A stretch of DNA of 64,000 nt from Candidatus Latescibacterota bacterium (GTDB taxonomy: Bacteria > Latescibacterota > UBA2968 > GCA-2709665), in NCBI GenBank assembly GCA_965116875.1, contig OZ220733.1:2944001-3008000 (forward strand), in the 5' to 3' direction. The notes beneath the pieces were generated by a model that was given only the letters and a program-made list of their open reading frames with translations, was not told where the DNA came from and made no database searches. Shown here piece by piece: positions 55,646 through 64,000 of the stretch; the first letter of the stretch is position 1, and every line of letters begins with the position of its first letter. Both the position numbers and the translations under genes were made by a program.

Positions 55646-56728
55646 ATGGAGATGGATGAACGAAAACGGATCCTCACGGGCGACCGGCCCACGGGGAGAA
55701 TGCACCTGGGACATTACGTCGGCTCGTTGAAGAACCGGGTGCGGCTGCAGGACGAATACGAGTGCTTTTTCCTGGTGGCGGACCTGCATATGCTCACGAC
55801 CCGGCCGCAGAAGGAGCACATCCATGCCCTGCGGGAAAACGTGCGGGAGATGCTGCTGGACTATCTGGCGGTGGGTATCGATCCGTCCAGGTCGACCATT
55901 TATCTGCAGTCGGCAATCCACGCCGTATACGAGATGAATCTGTTCTTCGAGATGCTGGTGACGCTGCCGAGAGTCGCACGTTTGCCCAGCATCAAGGACA
56001 TGGCGCGCGCCGCCAGGCTGGACGAAGAGGCGATCCCCTTCGGGCTGGTCGGATACCCAATCTTGCAGGCGGCGGATATATTGACCCCCAGGGCGCACCT
56101 GGTTCCCGTGGGCAAGGACAACCTGGCGCACGTGGAGGTCACCCGGGAAATCGCCCGCCGGTTCAACAGCTACTACGGGGAGGTCTTCCCGATTCCGGAC
56201 GCGCTGATCGGCGAGGTCCCCGTTCTGGTGGGTACGGATGGCCAGGCCAAGATGAGCAAGAGCCTGGACAATGCGATTTTTCTGTCCGACGACGCGCAGA
56301 CCGTGAAGAAGAAGGTGCGCGGGATGTTTACGGATCCCAATCGGATCAGAGCCGACGTACCCGGTAGGGTGGAAGGGAATCCCGTATTCGTCTACCACGA
56401 CGCGTTCAATCCGGACAGGGAGGAAGTAGCGGACCTGAAGTCGAGGTACCGCGAGGGGACGGTCGGCGACGTGGAGGTGAAGGAGAAGCTCACGCGGGCG
56501 CTGAACGACTTTCTCGACCCGATCCGGGAGCGGAGGGCGCGATACGAAGCGGATTCCGGGTACGTGGAAAAGGTACTATACGAGGGAACGCAGCGCGTCC
56601 AGGTGGTCGCCGATGAAACGCTCAAGGCCATGAAGAAAGCGATGGGGCTCACAGGCGTCTGGAACCGCATTTCCAGAAAGGCCCGGGACCGGATGCGGAA
56701 GCAGGAAGCTACGGACTCAGGATCGTGA
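55646..56728 (+). CDS. trpS: Tryptophan--tRNA ligase
   Basis: [34 protein letters not shown]. Confidence 0.97.
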   Translation: MEMDERKRILTGDRPTGRMHLGHYVGSLKNRVRLQDEYECFFLVADLHMLTTRPQKEHIHALRENVREMLLDYLAVGIDPSRSTIYLQSAIHAVYEMNLFFEMLVTLPRVARLPSIKDMARAARLDEEAIPFGLVGYPILQAADILTPRAHLVPVGKDNLAHVEVTREIARRFNSYYGEVFPIPDALIGEVPVLVGTDGQAKMSKSLDNAIFLSDDAQTVKKKVRGMFTDPNRIRADVPGRVEGNPVFVYHDAFNPDREEVADLKSRYREGTVGDVEVKEKLTRALNDFLDPIRERRARYEADSGYVEKVLYEGTQRVQVVADETLKAMKKAMGLTGVWNRISRKARDRMRKQEATDSGS

Positions 56729-56788
56729 GAATATCCCTGGAACAACGTCCGGGCAATTCGACACGTATCGAATTCCGGTAATCGCAGT

Positions 56789-57730
56789 TCACCCCGCGGG
56801 AACAGCCCGCTCGCTGTCGGCCGCCTCGAAGAGGCCGGCGGCGAGCGCTTCAAGGCGGTCGCGCCAGGCCAATTTTTCGAGCCATCGGGCGGGGGCGCCC
56901 GACAAGCCCCACAGCGCGCCGGCGAGCTGTCCGGTCACCGCGGCCACCGTGTCGGCGTCACCGGCGAGATTGGCCGCCAGAATCAGGGCATCCTCAATCG
57001 AATCAGTCCGGTCCACGCACCACAGCGCCGCCTCGAGCGTGTGCACGACGTATCCCGAAGAGGAGATGTCATCGCGCTCCTTTGCGCGCCACGATCCGGC
57101 GGCCGCGTCAGCGATCAGGTTATCGCCGGTCCAGTCTCTGGCGCGCATGACGGTCTCCTTCGGCGCGCCGGCGATCGCCTCGATCAGCAGTTCGGCGTAG
57201 AGCGCGCAGGCCTCCACTGCGTGAGGGGCGCCGTGCGTAGTACGGCTCTGCAGCCGGGCGGCAGCCGTCGCTTTGCCTCGATCGCGCCACCAGCGGATCG
57301 CCACCGGCGACAGCCGCATCAACGAACCGTTGCCGGCGGTCCGGGGATCGGTGCTGCCGCTCAGCGGCTCTCCGGTTTTCTTAAAAGACAGGAGCGCGGC
57401 GTCCGTGGCATTCCCGATATCGAAACACACGCCGGTGACCGAATTGTATCCTTCCTCACGCCACCGGAGGAACCGCACCATCAGGTCGTGAATGTCCAGC
57501 CCACCCCGTTCCATCAGCGACTCCGCGAGACACAGGGCCATGCTGGTATCGTCGGTCCATTCCCCGGCGGCCAGCCCGAACGGACCCCCGCCCACCAGAT
57601 CGGTAACCGGCGGATTCGAGTCCCGCCCGGAGAATTCCAGCGTCGTGCCGAGCGCGTCGCCCAGCGCCAGCCCCACCAACGCCCCCCTGGCGCGATCAAG
57701 CGCCGCGATATCTGCCGTGGACTCAGCCAT
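56789..57730 (-). CDS. ADP-ribosylglycohydrolase (DraG/ARH family)
   Basis: GLALGDALG, GEWTDDT, CFDIGNAT, GNGSLMR, GDADTVAAVTGQLAG. Confidence 0.93.
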   Translation of the reverse strand: MAESTADIAALDRARGALVGLALGDALGTTLEFSGRDSNPPVTDLVGGGPFGLAAGEWTDDTSMALCLAESLMERGGLDIHDLMVRFLRWREEGYNSVTGVCFDIGNATDAALLSFKKTGEPLSGSTDPRTAGNGSLMRLSPVAIRWWRDRGKATAAARLQSRTTHGAPHAVEACALYAELLIEAIAGAPKETVMRARDWTGDNLIADAAAGSWRAKERDDISSSGYVVHTLEAALWCVDRTDSIEDALILAANLAGDADTVAAVTGQLAGALWGLSGAPARWLEKLAWRDRLEALAAGLFEAADSERAVPAG

Positions 57731-57798
57731 ATCCCTCCACGATTCCGGTTTCTCTGCTGCCCGCCTGCTGCCAGGTATGAAAAGGGGTACTCGTCCTC

Positions 57799-57840
57799 GC
57801 AAAAGAGGGGGTGCGGCGGTCGCCGCACCCCCTCTTTTGC
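57799..57840. terminator. Perfect 20-bp inverted repeat downstream of the TonB receptor
   Basis: GCAAAAGAGGGGGTGCGGCG-GT-CGCCGCACCCCCTCTTTTGC. Confidence 0.75.
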
Positions 57841-57855
57841 CATCCTGCGGCTACA

Positions 57856-60813
57856 TCAGAACCGCATGCTGACCTGGCTGAACACGAGCCGACCCACTTC
57901 CGGGGCGCCGATGAATGAACGGTACCGTGTATTGAAAAGATTGCTCGCATCCAGATGCAGATCCACGTCCCTTTCGACGGGCAACCGGTATTTCAGCGAC
58001 GCGTCGACGACCGTATAGGCATCCACGTCGCCCACGTACACCCCGGACTGCATGGGAAAGGAATCGGTGAAGCGGAGCGCGCTGCCAACCGACAGGCCCA
58101 GCCCGGTGAAGTCGTATGAAGCCCCCAGTTTGAACTTGTGCCGGGGCGAATTCAGGGTGATATCGCCAACGCCAGGGACGAGCGTGTATTTCAGATTCTT
58201 GAAGAAGTTCTTGTCCACGTATGAATAGTTGCCGGTAAGTCTCCATTTTGCCGTCGGATACCAGGCCAGGCCCAGGTCCAGCCCGCGGATGGTGATATCT
58301 TCATAGTTGCGGTAGGTCAACACCATCGCGTACGGATCAGACGCCTGTTCCGGCGACACCGTTCCGTATGGAATCGCCGCCGCCCCGGCCACGAAGATGG
58401 CGGTCAGTTCGTCCACAGGAGATCCGTTCCGGTTGCCCTCAAGGAGTCCCGGCACCTGCACATTGTCAACCAGTTGGAGACCGGCGGCGAGCACCGCGTT
58501 CGACGGATCGGACAGCGTCTGTTCGAATCCACGGCTCAGGGCCTCGGCCAGACTCTCCGGTTCGAGAAACACGTTGGGGGTTTCCACCGACACCGAACCC
58601 ACGTAGTTCTGGATCCTGGACTGATACAGGTCCGCGGCCACGATGAGCTTGTCCGCAATGACGCCCTTGTAACCGAACTCGATCGTCCTGGTAATCGCAG
58701 ACCGGATGCGCGGAACGTCATAGGCCGTGACCGGGGTGGCGCCGTCCGACTCCACAAAGAAGAACGGCTGCTGAATATCTTCCGGATTTTCCCCCAGCGG
58801 CGGCGTTGCGATGTTCAGCCGGCCCATGACGTTGCGAAGACCTGTCAATCGCTCGGGAACGATGCCGGGGAAGGCCTCGGCCAGTCCGTTCGCAAAGTTC
58901 CGGGCTTCTTCGGCTCCCATGCCCTGTTGGATCAGGATGTCGACGGCCATTTCCTTTACCGTCGGCAACAGCTGCTCGAGCACCACCTCCCTGCCGATCC
59001 CCCACATCACGTTGGTGAATTCCGGGTCGTCCAGGCGAAGATACTCATCGGCCGGAAGACCGGCCATCGGGGCAAACGGCGAGCGGAAGAGCGGCCGGCC
59101 GCCTTCCCGCCGGAACGTGAAGCCGAAGTCGTTGTCCTGGTAGTTGCCCTGGGTCCAGAGATCGATCGGGTCGAACGTCAGGCCGCGCGCCGTGAACATC
59201 GGCGAGAAGATTCCGCTGAACCCGAATGGGTCTCTGGTTGCCAGCAGATCGAGATAGAGATTGTTCGAGGTGGGCGTGGTGAACGCTCTGTTATATGTCA
59301 GCCGCCACGTCTGGGTCGGCTTCGGCTTCAGCACCAGCGCGGCCCGGGGTGAGAATTCGGGGTCCGCGAGGCGGCTGTGGTAGTCGTAGCGCAGGGCAAG
59401 CACGAGGTCAACCATTTTGGACAGGGAGGTTTCACTTTGCAGGTAGACCCCGAACTCGTTCAGGTCGTCGTCATCCTCGTTCCTGCCCATGACGGTTTCT
59501 TCGGTATCCGGCCGGGTAAACAGTGCGTCCAGGCCATACGTGAACCGCTGGCGGGTACCCAGTTTCGACACGTGCTGCGCCTGGAAGACCGTGAGGGAGG
59601 ACTTGTCGACAACGGGATCGCCCGTTCGCAGCAGGAAAGTGTCGCCGGAATCGGTCCAGTTGCGGAAGGCCTGGACAAACCAGTCGCCGTACAGCACGCG
59701 CATCTGAGCGTAGTTGTACTGCCAGTCTCTCGTCTGGGAGGCCCCCACGCCGGTAAGCCCGACCAGGTCCGCCTTGTTGTGTCCGGACGAAAAAATGGCG
59801 GTGAAGTTGTCGGAAGCGCGCCAGTCCAGACGCGCTTCCAGCCCGAGATTGTTGGTTTCGGGGTTGCGCAGCGGAAGAGACGGCAGGTTCAGACCTGCGG
59901 CAATCTGCTCCTCCCGGCGTTCCCTGGCCCTCACCTCTTCCGGGTCGACATATCCCCACTCCGTCCCTGTATAGTACCGGGCGGAAACCTTGTAGCCCAC
60001 CCGGTCCCCGATCTTTCCCGCGTGGCGAATCGAAGCCTGGCGCAGGTTGCGCTCTCCGTATCCGAAATGTGCGCTCGTGCCCTGCGAGGTAAAGGGCGAA
60101 TGGGTGATGATGTGCATGACCCCGTCGGCGCTGTTGGGTCCGTACAACGCCGATCCGGGCCCAAGTACCACCTCGATTCGTTCCACGTCGTCGCTTGAAA
60201 TGGGAATGAAATTCGGGGCATTGACCCGCACGGACGGCACCCTGGCAAGCCGGTTGTCCGTCATCATGAGCAGGGTGCCGGTGAATACGCTGTTGAATCC
60301 GCGCACCACGATGCTGCTGTTCGCCAGTCCGGTTTTCGCGAAATCCACCGACGGCAGGTTCTTCACGTGGTCGGCCACGTTCATCGAGGGGTTGTTGCGG
60401 ATATCGGCGGTCTCGACCACCGAAACGGAGGCGGGAGCGTCCAGGATCTTTTCCCTGCGGCGCGAGGCGGAGACCACGCTCTTCTCGAGAAAGATGACCT
60501 GCTCCTTCAGAATCACATCCAGCGTGGTGGATCGGCCCGACTGCACCGTCACGTTCTCTCGAATCTCGGACCTGTAACCGATGAATGTAAACTCGATCCG
60601 GTATTTCCCCGCCGGAACGGCAAATCGGAACCGCCCCTCGTCGCCGGTCGCGGCCAGGGTCTGCTTCCCGAAGTCCACACCCGTAACCACGACGTTGGCG
60701 CCGGGAAGGAACTCACCGCCCTCCCCTCTCACCGTCCCTTCGATATAGCCGTTGGGCTGGGCCGAAACCGTCACCCACCCCAGCACCAGCCAGCAAAACA
60801 GGAATACGCGCAC
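57856..60813 (-). CDS. TonB-dependent receptor with N-terminal carboxypeptidase-regulatory-like domain
   Basis: Signal peptide, GEFLPGANV...FIGY, plug VVSASRR...ERIEVVLGPGSALYG, NLFN, terminal Phe. Confidence 0.93.
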   Translation of the reverse strand: MRVFLFCWLVLGWVTVSAQPNGYIEGTVRGEGGEFLPGANVVVTGVDFGKQTLAATGDEGRFRFAVPAGKYRIEFTFIGYRSEIRENVTVQSGRSTTLDVILKEQVIFLEKSVVSASRRREKILDAPASVSVVETADIRNNPSMNVADHVKNLPSVDFAKTGLANSSIVVRGFNSVFTGTLLMMTDNRLARVPSVRVNAPNFIPISSDDVERIEVVLGPGSALYGPNSADGVMHIITHSPFTSQGTSAHFGYGERNLRQASIRHAGKIGDRVGYKVSARYYTGTEWGYVDPEEVRARERREEQIAAGLNLPSLPLRNPETNNLGLEARLDWRASDNFTAIFSSGHNKADLVGLTGVGASQTRDWQYNYAQMRVLYGDWFVQAFRNWTDSGDTFLLRTGDPVVDKSSLTVFQAQHVSKLGTRQRFTYGLDALFTRPDTEETVMGRNEDDDDLNEFGVYLQSETSLSKMVDLVLALRYDYHSRLADPEFSPRAALVLKPKPTQTWRLTYNRAFTTPTSNNLYLDLLATRDPFGFSGIFSPMFTARGLTFDPIDLWTQGNYQDNDFGFTFRREGGRPLFRSPFAPMAGLPADEYLRLDDPEFTNVMWGIGREVVLEQLLPTVKEMAVDILIQQGMGAEEARNFANGLAEAFPGIVPERLTGLRNVMGRLNIATPPLGENPEDIQQPFFFVESDGATPVTAYDVPRIRSAITRTIEFGYKGVIADKLIVAADLYQSRIQNYVGSVSVETPNVFLEPESLAEALSRGFEQTLSDPSNAVLAAGLQLVDNVQVPGLLEGNRNGSPVDELTAIFVAGAAAIPYGTVSPEQASDPYAMVLTYRNYEDITIRGLDLGLAWYPTAKWRLTGNYSYVDKNFFKNLKYTLVPGVGDITLNSPRHKFKLGASYDFTGLGLSVGSALRFTDSFPMQSGVYVGDVDAYTVVDASLKYRLPVERDVDLHLDASNLFNTRYRSFIGAPEVGRLVFSQVSMRF

Positions 60814-61208
60814 CGTCTATCTCCCTCAAACGATCAGGGCCGCACCCTGAAGATGGCGAATCGGGACAACAATCGAATCCGGAATTCGTCGACTTACCAA
60901 TGACATAACAACCATTTCCGCCGACTCCGGACGTCGTTGGAAAACCGACCCACAATGGTTAAATTCGGCCAATTCGGAGAATCCATGACAATCAGAAATT
61001 TCCGAAAGCCTTCCTCCTGCCATTGTTCAATCGTCGAATTTTATTATATATTAAAAGTTACAACCGATGCGACGGTCTTGTCAACTTCATCGCACACCCG
61101 CCGCCGTGTGGATGATCTGAAGATCCAACAGAATCTGGCGGACGATTGAGCGAACCAGATTGCCGGGAACAACGCAACAGGAAGTCGTCCACCGTGGAGG
61201 TACTCCGG

Positions 61209-62000
61209 ATGCGTACCAGGAAATTTGTCGTGCCCGCAATCCTGTTCCTGGCAACTGCCGCCTGCGACGATGCGGCCGGACCGCGTTATATCGAGACCGT
61301 TGAAGTCACCGTGGGTCCGACCCTCGCCAGGTGCTACGGCGTCGGCGAGCAGACCTGCATGGTGGTAGACGGCAGGTTGTTTTACGACGCCATCGGTGGC
61401 TTTACCTTCGAAGCCGGCTACACCTACCGGCTGCGGATCGGAAAATACGACCCCTGGGATGGAGGAGAACCGCCCCAGGATGCAGGCCGTTACGCCTATC
61501 GCCTGCTGGAACAACTGGAAAAGACCCGCGCCCCATCCACTCCGGCGACGCTGGTTGTGGGGCCCACACGGGTTACGTGCTCGAATTCGGATGATTTCTG
61601 CCTGCTGATTGACGGTGTTCCATACGACGACATCATCACGAATTTTGATTATGAGGCGGGTTTTTACTATACACTAAATGTAAGCAAATTTGCCGATGGC
61701 CGCCATGTGCTGGATGAAATCGCCACAAAGGACGAGGCGACGGGCACGGAAGAGGAAATAATCGTGGTTGGGCCGGGCAGAGTGCACTGCGACGATAATC
61801 GTTCCATCTACTGCAAAGTTGTCAATGGAGCGCCGTTCCGAAGTGAAATCGTTGGCTTCCAGCCATTGCACGGCTATAGCTACCGATTACGCGTGGTACG
61901 ATTCAGCATGTTCCCTGGCGGGGTTACGCCGCCGTCAAACAATATCCCGACGTACGGGTATCGCTGGCTGGAAACGCTTGAGCGAAATCAGGGCAATTGA
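61209..62000 (+). CDS. DUF4377-like repeat lipoprotein
   Basis: Lipobox-like TAAC. Three repeats of VGP...C...C...I.GF.F/YEAG..Y.L (DAGRYAYRL in repeat 1). RBS GGAGG. Confidence 0.75.
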   Translation: MRTRKFVVPAILFLATAACDDAAGPRYIETVEVTVGPTLARCYGVGEQTCMVVDGRLFYDAIGGFTFEAGYTYRLRIGKYDPWDGGEPPQDAGRYAYRLLEQLEKTRAPSTPATLVVGPTRVTCSNSDDFCLLIDGVPYDDIITNFDYEAGFYYTLNVSKFADGRHVLDEIATKDEATGTEEEIIVVGPGRVHCDDNRSIYCKVVNGAPFRSEIVGFQPLHGYSYRLRVVRFSMFPGGVTPPSNNIPTYGYRWLETLERNQGN

Positions 62001-62100
62001 ATATCCGCGTGCCTGCAATGCAGGTCACAGTCGATTTATATACTGGCCGGAAGATGAACGGTCCGGTTTCGATGCAGTCCGCATATAGGAGAAGGACATA

Positions 62101-64000
62101 ATGGAAGCAGGTGGCCACACTGAATCTTCGGGAGTCATCAACGAAATTAAAGTGAATTCCGGCTCCTCCCAGCCGATAGCAATCGTGGGTATGGCGTGCC
62201 GGTTCCCCGGTGCGCCGGACATCGCTTCATTCTGGCGATTGCTCAGGGCCGGGGGGAATGCCGTCAAAGAAGGTACGCCGGGCTCGGGGACAGGGCGCTG
62301 GGGCCTGCTCTTCCCCGACGACGCGGTACGGAGCGACGGTTGCCGTTTCGGAGCGTTCGTCGACGACATCGACCTGTTCGACGATACATTCTTCCGGATT
62401 TCACCGGTGGAAGCGGAGTTTCTGGATCCGCAGCAGCGCATGATGCTTGAGACGAGCTGGGAGGCCCTTGAGGACGCGGGGATCGATCCGGAGGGTTTGA
62501 GAGAGAGCCTCACGGGCGTCTACACGGGGATCAGCAACGACGAATACCGGATGCTCGTGGTGGACTCTGTCAAGCCTGACGAGGCTGCTGGATGTCTCTA
62601 TGCGCTCAGCGGCACGAATCTGAACGGCGCGAGCGGGCGGGTTTCGTTCGTGCTGGGGCTACGTGGACCGGCCAAGGCGGTAGACGCCGCGTGCGCATCG
62701 TCCATGGTATCCGTCCACGACGCCGTGGCGGACTTGCAGCAGGGGAAGGCGGACCTGGCGATCGCCGGGGGCGTGCAGGCGATCCTGAACGGTCGCATCT
62801 ACGAGTTGCGCGCTGAAGCGATGATGCTCTCTCCGGACGGGCAATGCAAGACCTTTGACGCCTCGGCGAACGGCTATGTGCGTGGCGAGGGCTGCGGGGT
62901 CGTCGTCCTCAAGCGGCTGAGCGAGGCGGAGGCCGACGGAGACCGGATCTGGGCGGTGATCCGGGGTGCGGCCGTGAATCACGGCGGGGCCAGTACGGGG
63001 CTGACGGTACCGAATACGCCGGCGCTCGAAGAGGTGATCGAAACCGCATTGACCGACGCGGGCATCTCCCCGCTGGAAGTGGACTACCTCGAGGCGCACG
63101 GGACGGGAACCACCGTGGGCGATCCGATCGAGATCAATGCCGTGGCCAACGTCTACGGGCGTGGACGGACGGACGACCGGCCGCTCCTCATCGGATCGGT
63201 CAAGACCAACATCGGGCATCTGGAATCGGCCGCCGGCGTCGCGGGTGTGATCAAGGCCGCGCTGGTGCTGAACCGGGGCGTGATTCCCAAACACCTCCAT
63301 TTCCGGAATCCAAACCCGAGCGTGGACTGGGACGGTCTGCCCCTGCAAGTGACGTCCTCGATGTTGGACTGGCCCCAACGATCCGGGAAGACACGCCTCG
63401 CCGGGGTGAACTCCTTCGGCATTTCCGGAACCAACGCGCACATTGTCATGGAGGAATACCGCGCGCCGAACGGCGGCTCTCCGGGAGAATCCGGGAATGC
63501 CGGAGCCGCGAAGCCGGTGGCGGTTTCACTCCCGCCGGCGATGGGCGATCTGCCGCCAACCGCTGGAAGGGTCCGCTCGCGCCCGGTTCGACTCCTCCCG
63601 TTGTCGGGAAAATCCGACGACGCGCTGCGCGACCTCGGGGGTCGTTATCTTACGTGGCTTGACGAACGCAATGGCGAACTTGCTTCGGAAGAACGGGAAA
63701 TACTCGCGGACATGGCATGGACGGCGGGCGGGGGCCGGAGCCATTTCGATCACCGCGCAGGGGTTGTCTTCCACGACGTGGAATCGCTTCGAAACCAGCT
63801 GAAAGAAGTCGCGGAAGGACGTAGTTGCAAGTCGTCGCGACCGCCGTCCCGGGTTGCGTTCGCCTACACCGGACAGGGGAGCCAATGGGTTGGCATGGGA
63901 CGGGATCTGTACGAGAGTGAACCGGTGGCGCGGGCGGTTCTGGATCGCTGCGAGGCGGTCATTCTTGAAGAACGGGGAGCCTCGCTGCTGGACATGATGT
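62101..64000 (+). CDS. Type I PKS (KS plus start of AT), SupA-like, truncated at window end
   Basis: Manual translation: PIAIVGMACRFPGA, DPQQRMMLE, VDAACASS, EAHGTGT, KTNIGHLE, GVNSFGISGTNAH, then AT start FAYTGQGSQWVGMG. RBS AGGAG/AAGGA. Frame open to the end, so absent from the ORF track. Confidence 0.93.
   Translation, partial: MEAGGHTESSGVINEIKVNSGSSQPIAIVGMACRFPGAPDIASFWRLLRAGGNAVKEGTPGSGTGRWGLLFPDDAVRSDGCRFGAFVDDIDLFDDTFFRISPVEAEFLDPQQRMMLETSWEALEDAGIDPEGLRESLTGVYTGISNDEYRMLVVDSVKPDEAAGCLYALSGTNLNGASGRVSFVLGLRGPAKAVDAACASSMVSVHDAVADLQQGKADLAIAGGVQAILNGRIYELRAEAMMLSPDGQCKTFDASANGYVRGEGCGVVVLKRLSEAEADGDRIWAVIRGAAVNHGGASTGLTVPNTPALEEVIETALTDAGISPLEVDYLEAHGTGTTVGDPIEINAVANVYGRGRTDDRPLLIGSVKTNIGHLESAAGVAGVIKAALVLNRGVIPKHLHFRNPNPSVDWDGLPLQVTSSMLDWPQRSGKTRLAGVNSFGISGTNAHIVMEEYRAPNGGSPGESGNAGAAKPVAVSLPPAMGDLPPTAGRVRSRPVRLLPLSGKSDDALRDLGGRYLTWLDERNGELASEEREILADMAWTAGGGRSHFDHRAGVVFHDVESLRNQLKEVAEGRSCKSSRPPSRVAFAYTGQGSQWVGMGRDLYESEPVARAVLDRCEAVILEERGASLLDMM

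Noticed and set aside
60814-61140. Cobalamin or TPP riboswitch upstream of the TonB receptor
   Set aside because: No recognisable conserved boxes by eye. An Infernal scan would be needed.

Overview
GC-rich bacterial chromosomal window with about 50 CDSs. No rRNA, tRNA, CRISPR array, integrase or transposase was recognised. The gene content suggests a marine-sponge symbiont, possibly Latescibacterota, Gemmatimonadota or Poribacteria-like (inference): a sup-like type I PKS, two PhyH dioxygenases, DUF1080, BNR and heparinase-type glycan enzymes, tandem beta-propeller lipoproteins and a TonB receptor. The left third is mostly small-molecule catabolic genes, plus a BrnT/BrnA TA pair and a low-GC insert encoding a SLATT-like 2TM protein coupled to an unannotated 48-aa Pro-rich peptide. 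21.4-30.8 kb is a lower-GC island with a membrane-anchored ECF sigma factor, a TPR-TlpA protein and four tandem, mosaic 6-bladed propeller lipoproteins. The spacers between the propellers carry copies of the 3' end of the neighbouring cpt-like gene. The best candidate for a novel system is 36.9-42.4 kb, a co-oriented putative sterol-tailoring cluster: a Neverland/KshA-type Rieske oxygenase, a GPP34-cytochrome P450 fusion, a 3-beta-HSD-like SDR and a steroid 5-alpha-reductase, with a convergent RND efflux operon. The right part holds a Na+/solute symporter, a heparinase II/III-like lyase, hemB, trpS with a complete Trp-Trp leader-peptide attenuator, an ADP-ribosylglycohydrolase, a TonB receptor and a type I PKS (KS-AT) running off the window end. 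Several REP/MITE-like repeat families occupy intergenic regions. All family calls come from motif recognition by eye, not database searches.
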